The position numbers were made by a program, and so were the translations under genes. Shown piece after piece: positions 10,422 through 20,843 of a stretch of 64,000 nt of DNA; the first letter of the stretch is position 1; each line of letters starts with the position of its first letter. Below the pieces are notes generated by a model that had not been told where the DNA came from, did not search any database, and saw nothing but the letters and a program-made list of their open reading frames with translations. Source of the stretch: an uncultured Candidatus Binatia bacterium (lineage in GTDB: Bacteria; Desulfobacterota; Binatia; Bin18); NCBI GenBank assembly GCA_965242605.1, contig CBDESS010000004.1:96139-160138 (forward strand), given 5' to 3'.

Positions 10422-11243
10422 GTGCAGCCGGGCCGCACGACACCCATGCCAGCCCTGCCCACCATCATTGAGATTGCCAACGCGACGGTCTACCGCCAGC
10501 TCAACCGGGTTTTTGACGGGCTGTCGCTGCGCATTGCCGAAGGCTGCCATACCGCCATCCTGGGTCCCAACGGAGCCGGCAAATCGACCCTGCTGAAACT
10601 CTTGTCGTGCGAGCTGTATCCGGTCCGGCAGGCAGGCAGCACAATCCGCCTCTATGGCAAGGAACGCTGGGACGTATGGACGCTGCGCCGCCGCTTTGGT
10701 CTGGTCTCGCACGACCTCCAGCGGGAGTATCTGGGCGGGGTGCCGGGGCTGAGCGTGATCTTGTCGGGCTATTATTCCAGCAATAATATCTGGGACCATC
10801 AGGATTTCAGCCCGGCCGACATTGAGCGGGCCTATGAGTTGATGGACCAGCTCGATATCACCGCCCTCAAAGACCGGCCTTTCTCCAGCCTGTCAACCGG
10901 CGAACAACGCCGCTTTCTGCTCGGCCGAGCACTCGTCCACGACCCCGCTACGCTGGTCCTTGACGAGCCGACCAGCGGTCTCGACCTCAAGACCTGCTTC
11001 CAGTATCTCGCCACCATGCGCCGGCTGATGCACACCGGCAAGACGCTTGTGCTGGTCACCCACCATATCCACGAAATCCCGCCAGAAATATCGCGCGTGG
11101 TGTTGTTGAAACACGGCCGGGTGGTGGCCGACGGAGACAAGGCCGAGTTGTTCACCGACGCCACGCTGAGCCGCCTGTTTGACACCCCGGTCCACCTGGT
11201 CCAGGCCAAGGGCTACTATCAGGCACTTCCAGGCTCGGCCTGA
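10422..11243 (+). CDS. ABC transporter ATP-binding protein (stand-alone ATPase)
   Basis: Walker A GPNGAGKST, signature LSTGEQRR, Walker B LVLDEPTSGLD. Confidence 0.8.
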   Translation: MQPGRTTPMPALPTIIEIANATVYRQLNRVFDGLSLRIAEGCHTAILGPNGAGKSTLLKLLSCELYPVRQAGSTIRLYGKERWDVWTLRRRFGLVSHDLQREYLGGVPGLSVILSGYYSSNNIWDHQDFSPADIERAYELMDQLDITALKDRPFSSLSTGEQRRFLLGRALVHDPATLVLDEPTSGLDLKTCFQYLATMRRLMHTGKTLVLVTHHIHEIPPEISRVVLLKHGRVVADGDKAELFTDATLSRLFDTPVHLVQAKGYYQALPGSA

Positions 11244-11261
11244 CAGACACCCGTCCCAACC

Positions 11262-12911
11262 ATGACGCCGCCTGTCCGCCACGTCCCAACCCGACCCTTT
11301 TCCGACCAACGGCCCGGTACCTCGGGCCTGCGCAAAAAAACGCGGGTGTTTACCCAAGCTCACTATGTGGAAAACTTCGTCCAGGCGGTCTTCAACACCC
11401 TCCAGGACGACGCCCCACTTGACCTCAGCGATGAGAGTCTAGCCGTTGGTGGCGACGGACGCTACTACAACCGCCAAGCCATCCAGCGGATTATCCGCAT
11501 GGCAGTCGCCCACGGCTTCAGGCGCGTGTTGGTCGGCCGGGACGGCCTGCTGTCCACCCCGGCCATGTCCGCGGTCATCCGCCGCCACCATCTCTTGGGC
11601 GGGCTGATTCTGAGTGCCAGCCACAACCCGGGCGGCCCCCAGGCCGACTTTGGTATCAAGTATAATATGCGCAACGGCGGCCCCGCCCCCGAGCGCGTCA
11701 CCCAGCGGATCTACGCCCACAGCCTGCGGCTGTCTTCGTACCGGACCGTCGAGTGGCCGGACATTGACCTGGAGCGGGAAGGTCCAAACCACATCGGTCC
11801 AACCGAGGTCCGGGTTATTGACCCGCTCGCCGACTATACCGCCCTCATGCAGGCCGTGTTTGACTTCGAGGCCCTACGAGCACTCTTCCAGACCGGTTTT
11901 CGGCTGCGGTTTGATGCCATGCACGGGGCGGCCGGGCCATACGCCCGGCATATTTTTGAGGACTGCCTTGGAGCACCCCAGGCCAGCCTGCTCCGCGCCA
12001 CCCCGCTTGAAGACTTTGGCGGCATCCACCCCGACCCCAATCTGGTCCACGCCGCGGGGCTGGTATCCGAGCTGTCAGCGCCCGACGGGCCGGACTTTGG
12101 CGCGGCCTGCGACGGCGACGGTGACCGCAACCTCATCCTGGGCCGGGGCTGTTTTGTCAGCCCCGGCGATTCGGTGGCGATTCTTGCCGAACACGCAGCC
12201 GACTGCATCCCCGCCTACCGGGCCGGGCTGATCGGTGTGGCCCGCTCCATGCCGACGAGCACCGCGCTCGACCGTGTCGCCCGGGCGCTCGGCATTGCGT
12301 GCTACGAAACTCCGACCGGCTGGAAATTTTTTGGTACCCTGATGGACGCCGGGCTGTGCAGCCTGTGCGGCGAAGAGAGCTTTGGCACCGGCTCAGACCA
12401 CATCCGGGAAAAAGACGGGCTGTGGGCGGTGCTGTGCTGGCTGTCGGTCCTGGCGCAGACAGGAAAATCGGTCGGCCAGATTGTCCACGACCACTGGCAC
12501 CGCTTTGGCCGCAGTTACTACCAGCGCCACGACTTTGAAGGCCTCAACGCCGAGGCCGCGGCCGACGCACTGGCGGCACTCCGCCATACCCTGCCCAGCC
12601 TAGTCGGCCGCCGGCTGGCCGGCAGCCCTGTCCGCCTAGCCGACGACTTCAGCTACACCGACCCGGTTGACCACAGCGTAAGCCGCCACCAGGGCGTGCG
12701 CATCGGCTTGGCCGACGGCTCGCGTCTGGTGTGTCGCCTATCCGGGACCGGGACGGACACGGCCACGCTACGGGTCTACGCCGAGCGGTACACTGCCCAG
12801 CCCACAGGCGAGCCCCCCGAGACCGTACTGCGGCCGCTGGTGCAGGCCGCAGTCGCCCTGCTCGGGCTGCCCCGGCGCTGCGGGGTCAATACCGCCAGCG
12901 TGATTACCTGA
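11262..12911 (+). CDS. pgm: phosphoglucomutase (alpha-D-glucose phosphate-specific)
   Basis: TSGLRKK..., catalytic SASHNPGGP loop, 549 aa. Confidence 0.9.
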   Translation: MTPPVRHVPTRPFSDQRPGTSGLRKKTRVFTQAHYVENFVQAVFNTLQDDAPLDLSDESLAVGGDGRYYNRQAIQRIIRMAVAHGFRRVLVGRDGLLSTPAMSAVIRRHHLLGGLILSASHNPGGPQADFGIKYNMRNGGPAPERVTQRIYAHSLRLSSYRTVEWPDIDLEREGPNHIGPTEVRVIDPLADYTALMQAVFDFEALRALFQTGFRLRFDAMHGAAGPYARHIFEDCLGAPQASLLRATPLEDFGGIHPDPNLVHAAGLVSELSAPDGPDFGAACDGDGDRNLILGRGCFVSPGDSVAILAEHAADCIPAYRAGLIGVARSMPTSTALDRVARALGIACYETPTGWKFFGTLMDAGLCSLCGEESFGTGSDHIREKDGLWAVLCWLSVLAQTGKSVGQIVHDHWHRFGRSYYQRHDFEGLNAEAAADALAALRHTLPSLVGRRLAGSPVRLADDFSYTDPVDHSVSRHQGVRIGLADGSRLVCRLSGTGTDTATLRVYAERYTAQPTGEPPETVLRPLVQAAVALLGLPRRCGVNTASVIT

Positions 12912-12929
12912 GCGGCAAAGGTCTGAGCC

Positions 12930-14014
12930 ATGCGCAGGCATATGAGCATTGTGATCCTTGTGGCCATTGCAACCGTGCTGGGCCGGCCGGCGCTGGCCAA
13001 GGCCGGGCCGCCCGTCGCCCGGGGCGGGCTGACCGATGTGGCCGGGGTCAAGCTCGGCCATTACACCCTCAGTCAGCGGCCGACCGGCTGCACCGTCGTC
13101 CTGGTCAAAGACGGGGGGTCGCCGGGGTTGATGTGCGCGGCTCTGCCCCGGGCACGCGCGAGACCGACCTGTTGCGACCGGTCAGCCTGGTTGACCACGT
13201 TCACGCCATTGTGCTGGCCGGCGGCAGCGCCTTTGGCCTAGCCGCGGCAGAGGGCGTTGTTCAATACCTGGAAGAGAGCGACATCGGTTTTCTGACCCCG
13301 GCGGCAAAAATCCCGATTGTCCCGGCCGCCATTCTCCACGACCTCAACGTCGGCGACCCCCGCGTTCGCCCCAGCGCGGAATGCGGCTACCTAGCGGCCA
13401 AGGCGGCCACCAGCGGCCCGGTTGCCGAGGGCAATGTCGGGGCCGGAGCCGGGGCGACCGTCGGCAAGCTGGCCGGCCCCGGCCGGGCCATGAAATCCGG
13501 CCTGGGAACCGCCTCCATCCGCCTGCCGAGCGGCCTGACAGTGGCCGCGGTCGTGGCGGTCAACGCCCTCGGCGATATCATTGACCCCCAGACCAACCAG
13601 CTTGTGGCCGGCCTGCGCACCGAGGACGGCCGGCGGCTGGCCGACACCAGCCGCCGGCTGCGCTCCGCCGGTCCGACCAGCAGCCAGAGCGGGCAAAACA
13701 CCACCATCGGCATCATTGCCACCAACGCCCGGCTGACCAGGGTCCAGGTCACCAAAGTTGCCCAGATGGCCCACGACGGTTTTGCCCGGGCCATCAACCC
13801 GGTACACACGCCGTATGACGGCGACACGATTTTTGCCCGGGCCACCGGCACGTATCAGGAGGACAGGAGCAGCCTGGCAGGGACCCTGCATATTGGGGCC
13901 TTGGCCGCCGAGGTCATGGCCGAGGCGATTGTCCGCGCCGGGCGCGCCGCGGTCGGCATCCCCGGCTATCCCGCGACGCGCGATCTGACCCTGCCGGCCA
14001 GCCCCCAGAGCTGA
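12930..14014 (+). pseudogene. DmpA/peptidase S58 (L-aminopeptidase/D-esterase) gene with -1 frameshift in a G-run
   Basis: Frame A 12930..13241 gives signal peptide then GLTDVAGVKLGHYT...TGCTVVLVKDGG. Frame B continues GVDVRGSAPGTRETDLL...GSAFGL... to 14014. The switch lies in GGGGGG at 13113-13118. Confidence 0.7.
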
Positions 14015-14223
14015 TCCCATCCCCGGCAGCGGGCAGGATGAAGGAAACGGGCACAAGCCCCCACTGCTCTTCCACAATCCCGGTCATCCCTTAATCCTAC
14101 CAATCACAGTTCAGACACACACGGCCTGCATTGCCGAGACCGCCCTGATCCTGTAGAGGAGAGAGACCCACAGGCCGGCGGAGCAGCCCCAGGGCGACGG
14201 CCACGGCGAGGAGGACGGGACGC

Positions 14224-15453
14224 ATGATCGTCATGAATGAACATTATCTCCAGCTCCAGGCGTCGTACCTGTTTTCGGACATCGCCAAGCGGGTGGCCGC
14301 GTTTCAGGAACACCATCCAGACCGGGATGTCATCCGGCTGGGGATTGGCGACGTGACCCGCGGCCTGCCCGCGGCCTGCATTGCCGCCCTGCACGCCGCG
14401 GTGGACGAAATGGCCAAGGATGCGACGTTTCGCGGCTACGGCCCGGAGCTGGGCTACGAGTTTTTACGCCAGGCGGTTGCCGAGCACGACTTCCGGGCGC
14501 GTGGACTTGATATCTCCCCGGATGAGGTTTTTATCAGCGATGGGGCCAAGTGCGATTCGGGCAATTTTCAGGAACTGTTCGCCCCCAACACCCGCATCGC
14601 CGTACCCGACCCGGTCTATCCGGTCTATGTTGACACCAACGTCATGGCCGGCCGCTCCGCCGGCTGGCAGGACGGCCGCTACCAAGGGCTGGTGTATCTG
14701 GAATCGACCCAGGACAACAACTACATTCCTGCCCCGCCCCAGGCCAAGGTTGACGCCATCTATCTGTGCTTTCCCAACAATCCGACCGGCAGCATGGCCA
14801 CCAGGGAGCAACTCCAGCCGTGGGTAGACTATGCCAGGGACAACAAAGCCCTGATTCTGTACGACACGGCCTATGTCGAGTTTATCCGCGACGACAGCCT
14901 GCCCCAGAGCATTTATGAGCTGGAAGGGGCCAGGGAGGTGGCGGTCGAGTTTCGCAGCTTTTCAAAGACGGCCGGCTTTACCGGCACCCGCTGCGCCTAT
15001 ACCATTGTGCCCAAGCAGTGTCAGGTCTACGACTCGCAGGGCACGGCCTACGCCTTGCACGCCCTGTGGGACCGCCGCCAATCAACCAAGTTCAACGGGG
15101 TGTCGTATCCGGTCCAGCGGGCCGCGGAGGCGGTGTATTCCCCACAGGGCAGACGGCAGGTCCGGGAGCTGAGCGACTATTACATGGCCAACGCGGCCCT
15201 GATTCGCCAGACCATGAGCGGACTCGGCTACACCTGTGCTGGCGGTGAACACGCCCCGTATGTCTGGATCAAGGCGAACACAGACTCGTGGCAGTTCTTT
15301 GACCTGCTGCTGCACAAAGCCGGGGTAGTGTGTACCCCGGGCGCAGGTTTTGGCAAGTGCGGCGAGGGCTACGCCCGGCTCAGCGCGTTTAGCAGCCGCC
15401 AGAATGTCGAGACGGCCCTTGAGCGGATGAGCGCGGCCCTGAGCGGTGCCTGA
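14224..15453 (+). CDS. dapL: LL-diaminopimelate aminotransferase
   Basis: NEHYLQLQASYLFSDIAKRV...LGIGDVTRGLP...GYGPELGYEFLRQAV, the DapL-type class-I aminotransferase N-terminus; 409 aa. Confidence 0.8.
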   Translation: MIVMNEHYLQLQASYLFSDIAKRVAAFQEHHPDRDVIRLGIGDVTRGLPAACIAALHAAVDEMAKDATFRGYGPELGYEFLRQAVAEHDFRARGLDISPDEVFISDGAKCDSGNFQELFAPNTRIAVPDPVYPVYVDTNVMAGRSAGWQDGRYQGLVYLESTQDNNYIPAPPQAKVDAIYLCFPNNPTGSMATREQLQPWVDYARDNKALILYDTAYVEFIRDDSLPQSIYELEGAREVAVEFRSFSKTAGFTGTRCAYTIVPKQCQVYDSQGTAYALHALWDRRQSTKFNGVSYPVQRAAEAVYSPQGRRQVRELSDYYMANAALIRQTMSGLGYTCAGGEHAPYVWIKANTDSWQFFDLLLHKAGVVCTPGAGFGKCGEGYARLSAFSSRQNVETALERMSAALSGA

Positions 15454-15573
15454 AAAGACGCCTGGGGCGCGAAGGTGTTCAGAGACGGAACGCCAGCCGG
15501 GCGTCACGGCTGGTTGCCACACCAGAGCCCATCTCCGGGAGTCCCGTGCAGTAAGGCAGAGGAGGATAGCCAT

Positions 15574-17721
15574 ATGGCTGTGAGGTTTGAAGCGGCCCGG
15601 CGGCGGTGGGCGTGGACTCTTTTCGTTATCAGCCTTGGCCTTATCCACGCCATTGCCCAGCCAGCCCCGGCCCAGGACGCTGGGCCGCCGGCAAAGGCCG
15701 GCGAAGCCACCGCGCTTGCGCCGCTGACCGTTTCGGCCGAGCGCATCCTGCCCTTTGAGGGCGCGGGCGGCTCAGTGGTGTCGGCCCGGTTGGCACGCGA
15801 GCATCACGCCAAAGATGTGGCCGAAATCCTCAAGACCCAAGTCCCCGGGGCGGGCGGGAAACGCATCGGCGGGATGCACCTTGACCCCATCATTCGCGGG
15901 CTGCGCGAGGACCGGCTGAGCGTCATGACCAACGGCACCAAGATATGGGGTGGCGGGCCGTTTCGCATGGACCCGCCGACCTCGCTGCTGGAAATCGAGG
16001 AGATTGAAGCCATTGAGGTCATCAAGGGGCCGTACTCCGTCACCCGGGGGCCGAGCGGCATCGGTGGCACGATCAACCTGGTGACCAAGCAGCCCGAACT
16101 GGCCGCCGAGTGGTACGCCGAGGCCTCGCTCGGCGGCCTGTACGCCAGCAACTACAACGGCTTTGCCAGCCTAGCCTCGGTCAGCGCCGGTGGGCCGCAG
16201 CTCGCCTTTCGGCTGTCGGGCAGCTACCGCGATTATCAGGACTATGACTCGGGCGGCGGCGAGCGGATGCAGTCCGGGTTTCAGAGCCAAGCGGTGTCTG
16301 GCACGCTGCTGTGGCAGCCCCATGCGGCTCATCGCCTTCGGCTGTCGCTGAGCCGTGAGTCAGACCGCGACTCGCGCTTTGCTACCCTGCCCCTGCACCT
16401 GGAAGAGGACGACGCCTATCTCGGCTCGCTGACATATACCTTCACCGACCCGCTGCCCTCGGTCCACAGCCTGAGCGTCACCGGCTACTACAACTATGTG
16501 CATCACCGGATGAACAACGAGCATGAGCCCAGCCGGGTCATGTTGAGCAATACCCTGCCGCTTGACGCCCGGACCTTTGGCGGGCGGCTGGAGGCGACTC
16601 TAGGCCCGGCCTGGGGCGGCCGCCTGACGGTCGGCGGCGACGCCTATCGGCTGGAGCGCGAAGGTGTCCACCGGATCAGGTTTCGCATTGGGCCGAGCGC
16701 TGGCCGGCGGGTGTCGTTTGCGACCTGGCCCGAAACTTCGATCATGGACGGCGGCATCTTTGGCGAGTATGACTATCGGCTCGCTCCCAAGTGGCGGTGT
16801 ATTGTCGGGGGCCGGGTGGATTTTGTCAGCGCCGAAGCCGACCCGGACGCGACAACCCGGATGCGCTATGGCGGCAATAACCCTGCCGGGGCCGATACGG
16901 ATAGCATCAACAGCTTTGAGACCAATGCGAGCGCCAACGCGCGGCTGATCTATTCGCCCCTGCCGACGCTTGACCTGTTTGTCGGGCTGGGCCGGGCGGT
17001 GCGGACGGCCGATGCGACCGAACGCTACCTGGCCTTTGGCCCGGGCCCGGGCGGCTTCTATGTCGGCAACCCCGCCCTTGACCCGGAAGAGAGCCTGGAG
17101 GTTGATGTCGGCCTGAACGCCGGCTGGGGCCGGCTGGCGATTGATGGCTCGTTTTTCTACAACCGCGTGGACAACTACATCCTGGCGTATGTCATCGATC
17201 CAGAGCAGGCCAACCCGGTCCGTATGTTCCTGCCGATGGCTCCCGACACAACGATCCTGCGCGGCTTTCGCAATATCAACCGGGCTGAACTGCTCGGCGG
17301 AGACCTCGGCCTGAGCTATGCCCTGCGGGAGGACCTGAGCTTGGTCGGCACCTTTGCCTATGTGCGTGGAGAGAACGGACAGGACAACACCGCCCTCCCC
17401 GAGATTCCACCCCTGGAGGGCCGGCTGGGCTTCCGCTATGAGCACCCCGACTGGGGCGTGTGGCTGAACCCGACGGTCTGGCTGGCCCAGAGCCAACACC
17501 GCATTGACACGGCGTTTGGCGAGGATGTCACGCCCGGCTTTGTGACCGTGGACCTCAACGCCGGCTGGCGCTTTCTCGGGCGCTACGAGCTGATTATTGC
17601 CGTCGATAACCTGCTCAACAACAACTATCACGAGCATACGACCCGGGAGAATCCGTTTAGCGGACAGGAGGTGTTTGAGGCCGGCCGGGTGGTGACGGTC
17701 GGTATCAGAGCCAGCTTTTGA
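15574..17721 (+). CDS. TonB-dependent outer-membrane receptor
   Basis: RBS AGGAGGA then ATG at 15574; signal peptide, plug domain ([30 protein letters not shown]), beta-barrel ending in terminal Phe. Confidence 0.85.
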   Translation: MAVRFEAARRRWAWTLFVISLGLIHAIAQPAPAQDAGPPAKAGEATALAPLTVSAERILPFEGAGGSVVSARLAREHHAKDVAEILKTQVPGAGGKRIGGMHLDPIIRGLREDRLSVMTNGTKIWGGGPFRMDPPTSLLEIEEIEAIEVIKGPYSVTRGPSGIGGTINLVTKQPELAAEWYAEASLGGLYASNYNGFASLASVSAGGPQLAFRLSGSYRDYQDYDSGGGERMQSGFQSQAVSGTLLWQPHAAHRLRLSLSRESDRDSRFATLPLHLEEDDAYLGSLTYTFTDPLPSVHSLSVTGYYNYVHHRMNNEHEPSRVMLSNTLPLDARTFGGRLEATLGPAWGGRLTVGGDAYRLEREGVHRIRFRIGPSAGRRVSFATWPETSIMDGGIFGEYDYRLAPKWRCIVGGRVDFVSAEADPDATTRMRYGGNNPAGADTDSINSFETNASANARLIYSPLPTLDLFVGLGRAVRTADATERYLAFGPGPGGFYVGNPALDPEESLEVDVGLNAGWGRLAIDGSFFYNRVDNYILAYVIDPEQANPVRMFLPMAPDTTILRGFRNINRAELLGGDLGLSYALREDLSLVGTFAYVRGENGQDNTALPEIPPLEGRLGFRYEHPDWGVWLNPTVWLAQSQHRIDTAFGEDVTPGFVTVDLNAGWRFLGRYELIIAVDNLLNNNYHEHTTRENPFSGQEVFEAGRVVTVGIRASF

Positions 17722-17762
17722 GCCGGCTTGACTCTTCTGCCCACACCGCTGACACTTCGCTC

Positions 17763-18539
17763 ATGTTGTGCAAACGCCTTATTCCGTGCCTCGATGTCAA
17801 AGCCGGCCGGGTAGTCAAAGGGGTCAATTTTGTCAATCTGCGTGACGCCGGCGACCCGGTCGAGGTCGCCCAGCGCTATGATGACGAGGGGGCCGACGAG
17901 CTGACTTTTCTGGATATTACGGCCTCCCACGAACGGCGCAAAATCCTGCTTGATGTAGTCCGACGCACCGCGGAAACGGTCTTTATGCCGCTGACCGTCG
18001 GCGGCGGGGTACGAGAGATTGGAGATATCCGCAATCTGCTGAATGCCGGGGCCGACAAGGTATCAATCAACACCGCCGCGGTAGACCGCCCGGAGTTCGT
18101 CAAGGAGGCCGCCGAGCGCTTTGGCGCGCAGTGTACAGTGGTCGCGATTGACGCCAAGCGGGCGGCTCCGGGCCGGCGGGCGGGGGGCTGGGAGGTGTAC
18201 GTCCACGGCGGGCGGACGCCGACCGGGATTGATGCCGTTGAGTGGGCAGAGCGCATGGAAGCCTGTGGCGCGGGCGAAATCCTGCTGACCAGCATGGACC
18301 GGGACGGCACCCGGGCCGGCTATGATATCGACCTGACCCGGGCGATTGCCGACGCGGTAAGCGTGCCGGTGATCGCCTCGGGCGGGGTGGGCAGTCTGGA
18401 GCATATCCATGCCGGGCTGACCCGCGGGCGGGCGGATGCGGCCCTGGCCGCGTCAATTTTTCACTACCAGGAATACACGATTCGGGACTGCAAGGCGTTC
18501 TTGGCCAAGCGGGGCGTCAGGGTGCGGCAAACGTATTGA
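17763..18539 (+). CDS. hisF: imidazole glycerol phosphate synthase cyclase subunit
   Basis: [36 protein letters not shown]... canonical HisF. Confidence 0.9.
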   Translation: MLCKRLIPCLDVKAGRVVKGVNFVNLRDAGDPVEVAQRYDDEGADELTFLDITASHERRKILLDVVRRTAETVFMPLTVGGGVREIGDIRNLLNAGADKVSINTAAVDRPEFVKEAAERFGAQCTVVAIDAKRAAPGRRAGGWEVYVHGGRTPTGIDAVEWAERMEACGAGEILLTSMDRDGTRAGYDIDLTRAIADAVSVPVIASGGVGSLEHIHAGLTRGRADAALAASIFHYQEYTIRDCKAFLAKRGVRVRQTY

Positions 18540-18619
18540 AAACCGCCTGTGCAATAGGCTATGCCGGCCAGGACGCGATCGATACAGACTGCGGGACAAG
18601 CCACATGAAGGAGGGACGT

Positions 18620-19486
18620 ATGGCCAAAGTCATGATCGAGGCTGCCATTAACGGCAACGCCATGAGGGCTCTCAACCCCCACATTCCGTATAGCCCGGAG
18701 GAAATCGCCAACGACGCAATCGCCACCTGTCGGGCCGGCGCGGCGCTGATCCATTTTCATGTCCGCAACCCCGACACCGGGGCGTGGGTGCAAGACCTGC
18801 CGTACTACTCCGAGGTCTACACACGCACCCGCGAGCAGTGCAAGCCGCTGCTGTGGCCGACCTTTCCGTTTGGCGATGATCCGGTCCGGCGGTTTCAGCA
18901 CTTTTTTGAGCTGGCCAAAGACCCAAGTACCAAACCCGACCTGGGGGCCGGTGATATGGGCTCGGTCAACCTAGTGTCGTATGACCTGGCCACCAAGACC
19001 CTGGGCGAGGGGAGTTTTGTCTACCAGAACTCCTACGACACCATCAAACACTTCCTGGAGGGCTCCAATGCACTTGGCCTGCGTCCGACCCTCCAGATTT
19101 TCGACGCCAGTTTTTTGCGCGCCGCCCTGGTCTTCCTGGACAAAGGCGTACTGACCGAGCCGCTGTTGCTGAAGTTCTATTTTGGCGGGCCGGCCCTGCC
19201 GTTTGGCCTACCCCCGACCTTGAAGAGCCTTGAAGCCTATCTGGACATGCTCACCGGCGTGCGCTGTCACTGGTTTGCGGCCACCCTCGGCGACGACAAC
19301 TTGCCCTTTGTGCCGCAGATCGTCAGCATGGGCGGCCATGTGCGGGTTGGCCTAGAGGACTACCAGTACGCCACAGAAGGCCAGCTCAGCAATGCCGAAA
19401 TTGTGGGCCGGGCGGTGGGGATGATTACGGGCATGGGCCACGAGGTGGCGACGCCGGAGGAGACGCGGGTCATACTGGAGACCTGA
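18620..19486 (+). CDS. BKACE family enzyme (3-keto-5-aminohexanoate cleavage enzyme-like, DUF849)
   Basis: RBS GGAGGG then ATG 18620; MAKVMIEAAINGN...HFHVRNPDTG...GGHVRVGLED motifs typical of the beta-keto acid cleavage enzyme (BKACE) family. Confidence 0.75.
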   Translation: MAKVMIEAAINGNAMRALNPHIPYSPEEIANDAIATCRAGAALIHFHVRNPDTGAWVQDLPYYSEVYTRTREQCKPLLWPTFPFGDDPVRRFQHFFELAKDPSTKPDLGAGDMGSVNLVSYDLATKTLGEGSFVYQNSYDTIKHFLEGSNALGLRPTLQIFDASFLRAALVFLDKGVLTEPLLLKFYFGGPALPFGLPPTLKSLEAYLDMLTGVRCHWFAATLGDDNLPFVPQIVSMGGHVRVGLEDYQYATEGQLSNAEIVGRAVGMITGMGHEVATPEETRVILET

Positions 19487-19565
19487 CAAGGTACAGCTCA
19501 CAGGAAGCCTATCTGACTAGTGGACTACAGACCGCAGGCCCATAGTCCGTTGAACGGAGCATACG

Positions 19566-20828
19566 GTGTTGGCAGAGAAAGAAGAGCGGAGCGGGGTGGA
19601 TGAGTGGCCCAAGATGCGGTTCAGTGACGCGGTTCTGATCAGTCCGCTGGTCCGTCTCGAACGCGGAAGACCCTACCCATTTGTCAATATGGCCGCCGTG
19701 AACGCAGGTTCCCGGTGTGCATACGCGCTTGAGCGACATGCCTATTCAGGCGGCGGGACACGCTTTCGGAGTGGCGACACACTCATGGCGTGGCTCACGC
19801 CTTGCCTGGAGAATGGCAAGATCGCCCGCTACTGCGCGCCTCATTCATCGGACACCGCGCACGGCTCAACGGAGTTCATCGTCATTCGAGGCCGCCCTAA
19901 CGTTACGGACACCGGGTTCGCCTATTACCTGACGCAATGGGAAGAGGTGCGTAATTACGCTATTGGCCAGATGACCGGCACCTCTGGACGCCAGAGAGTC
20001 CAGACGAAATCCCTGGACCATCTTACGGTCACAATCCCGCCCCCCCCCGAGCAGCGCGCCATTGCCCACCTCCTGGGCACGCTCGACGACAAGATTGACC
20101 TCAACCGCCGCATCAACGCCACCCTGGAAGCAATGGCTCGGGGGCTGTTCATCTCCTGGTTCGTCCACTTTGACCCCGTCCATGCCAAAGCCAGCCTGAA
20201 ACAACGCACGTCTCAAGGGGCGGGTGCTTGGCCGGTGGCACGGGCACGGGCCTATCTAGACCGGCTGGAGCCGGAGATTGCCGCCTTATTCCCGGATCGT
20301 TTTGTGGACTCGGAGTTGGGGCCGATTCCCGCCGGGTGGGCGGTCAAGCCGCTTGGCGATCTCATCGAACTCGCTTACGACAAAGCACTCAAGGCGGACA
20401 CCATTGTAGGTCGCAAGGGGAATCCCGGAACAGTCCCCTGGGCTGCCAGTGCGTACTTTCCCATTGACACGACATTTTATGTTGTTCCCAAGGATTCGGG
20501 AACGCCAAGCCTGCCCTTTCTGTTCTACGCCTTGCAAGGGCAAGGGCTGCCGGCCGTTGCTGCGGACTCGGCGGTGCCTGGCCTGAACCGAAACTTGGCC
20601 TCCCTCAACCAACAGGTGACGCCCCCGGCCCCTCTTGTTGCCCACTTTGGCGCACAGGTAGAGCGCTTCTTTGCACGCCGGCATGGCTTGGAGGAGGAGA
20701 GCTGCACCCTCGCCGCCCTCCGCGATACCTTTCTGCCCAAGCTGGTCTCGGGTAAGCTGCGGATACACTCAGGGTCAAGCGTGGAAAAAATCATGCCCGC
20801 GTTGTCAGACAATGGGAAAGTCGGATGA
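19566..20828 (+). CDS. hsdS: Type I restriction-modification specificity subunit HsdS (orphan, apparently intact)
   Basis: Two target-recognition halves with conserved spacer EQRAIAHLLGTLDDKIDLNRRINATLEAMARGLF and C-terminal ...LPKLVSGKLRI; 420 aa. No adjacent hsdM or hsdR. Confidence 0.8.
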   Translation: MLAEKEERSGVDEWPKMRFSDAVLISPLVRLERGRPYPFVNMAAVNAGSRCAYALERHAYSGGGTRFRSGDTLMAWLTPCLENGKIARYCAPHSSDTAHGSTEFIVIRGRPNVTDTGFAYYLTQWEEVRNYAIGQMTGTSGRQRVQTKSLDHLTVTIPPPPEQRAIAHLLGTLDDKIDLNRRINATLEAMARGLFISWFVHFDPVHAKASLKQRTSQGAGAWPVARARAYLDRLEPEIAALFPDRFVDSELGPIPAGWAVKPLGDLIELAYDKALKADTIVGRKGNPGTVPWAASAYFPIDTTFYVVPKDSGTPSLPFLFYALQGQGLPAVAADSAVPGLNRNLASLNQQVTPPAPLVAHFGAQVERFFARRHGLEEESCTLAALRDTFLPKLVSGKLRIHSGSSVEKIMPALSDNGKVG

Positions 20829-20843
20829 CGAAGAGGAGTAGCT

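Noticed and set aside
15454-15573. Possible cobalamin riboswitch upstream of the TonB-dependent receptor (GCCACACC resembles the B12 box)
   Set aside because: The leader is only about 120 nt and lacks the other conserved B12-element blocks; the weak match is probably chance.
16600-17637. 345-aa ORF antisense within the TonB receptor, and similar long antisense ORFs (8291..9178, 25798..26550, 46676..47404, 48769..49767)
   Set aside because: Each lies wholly inside a better-supported gene on the other strand; these are typical of 65%-GC DNA.
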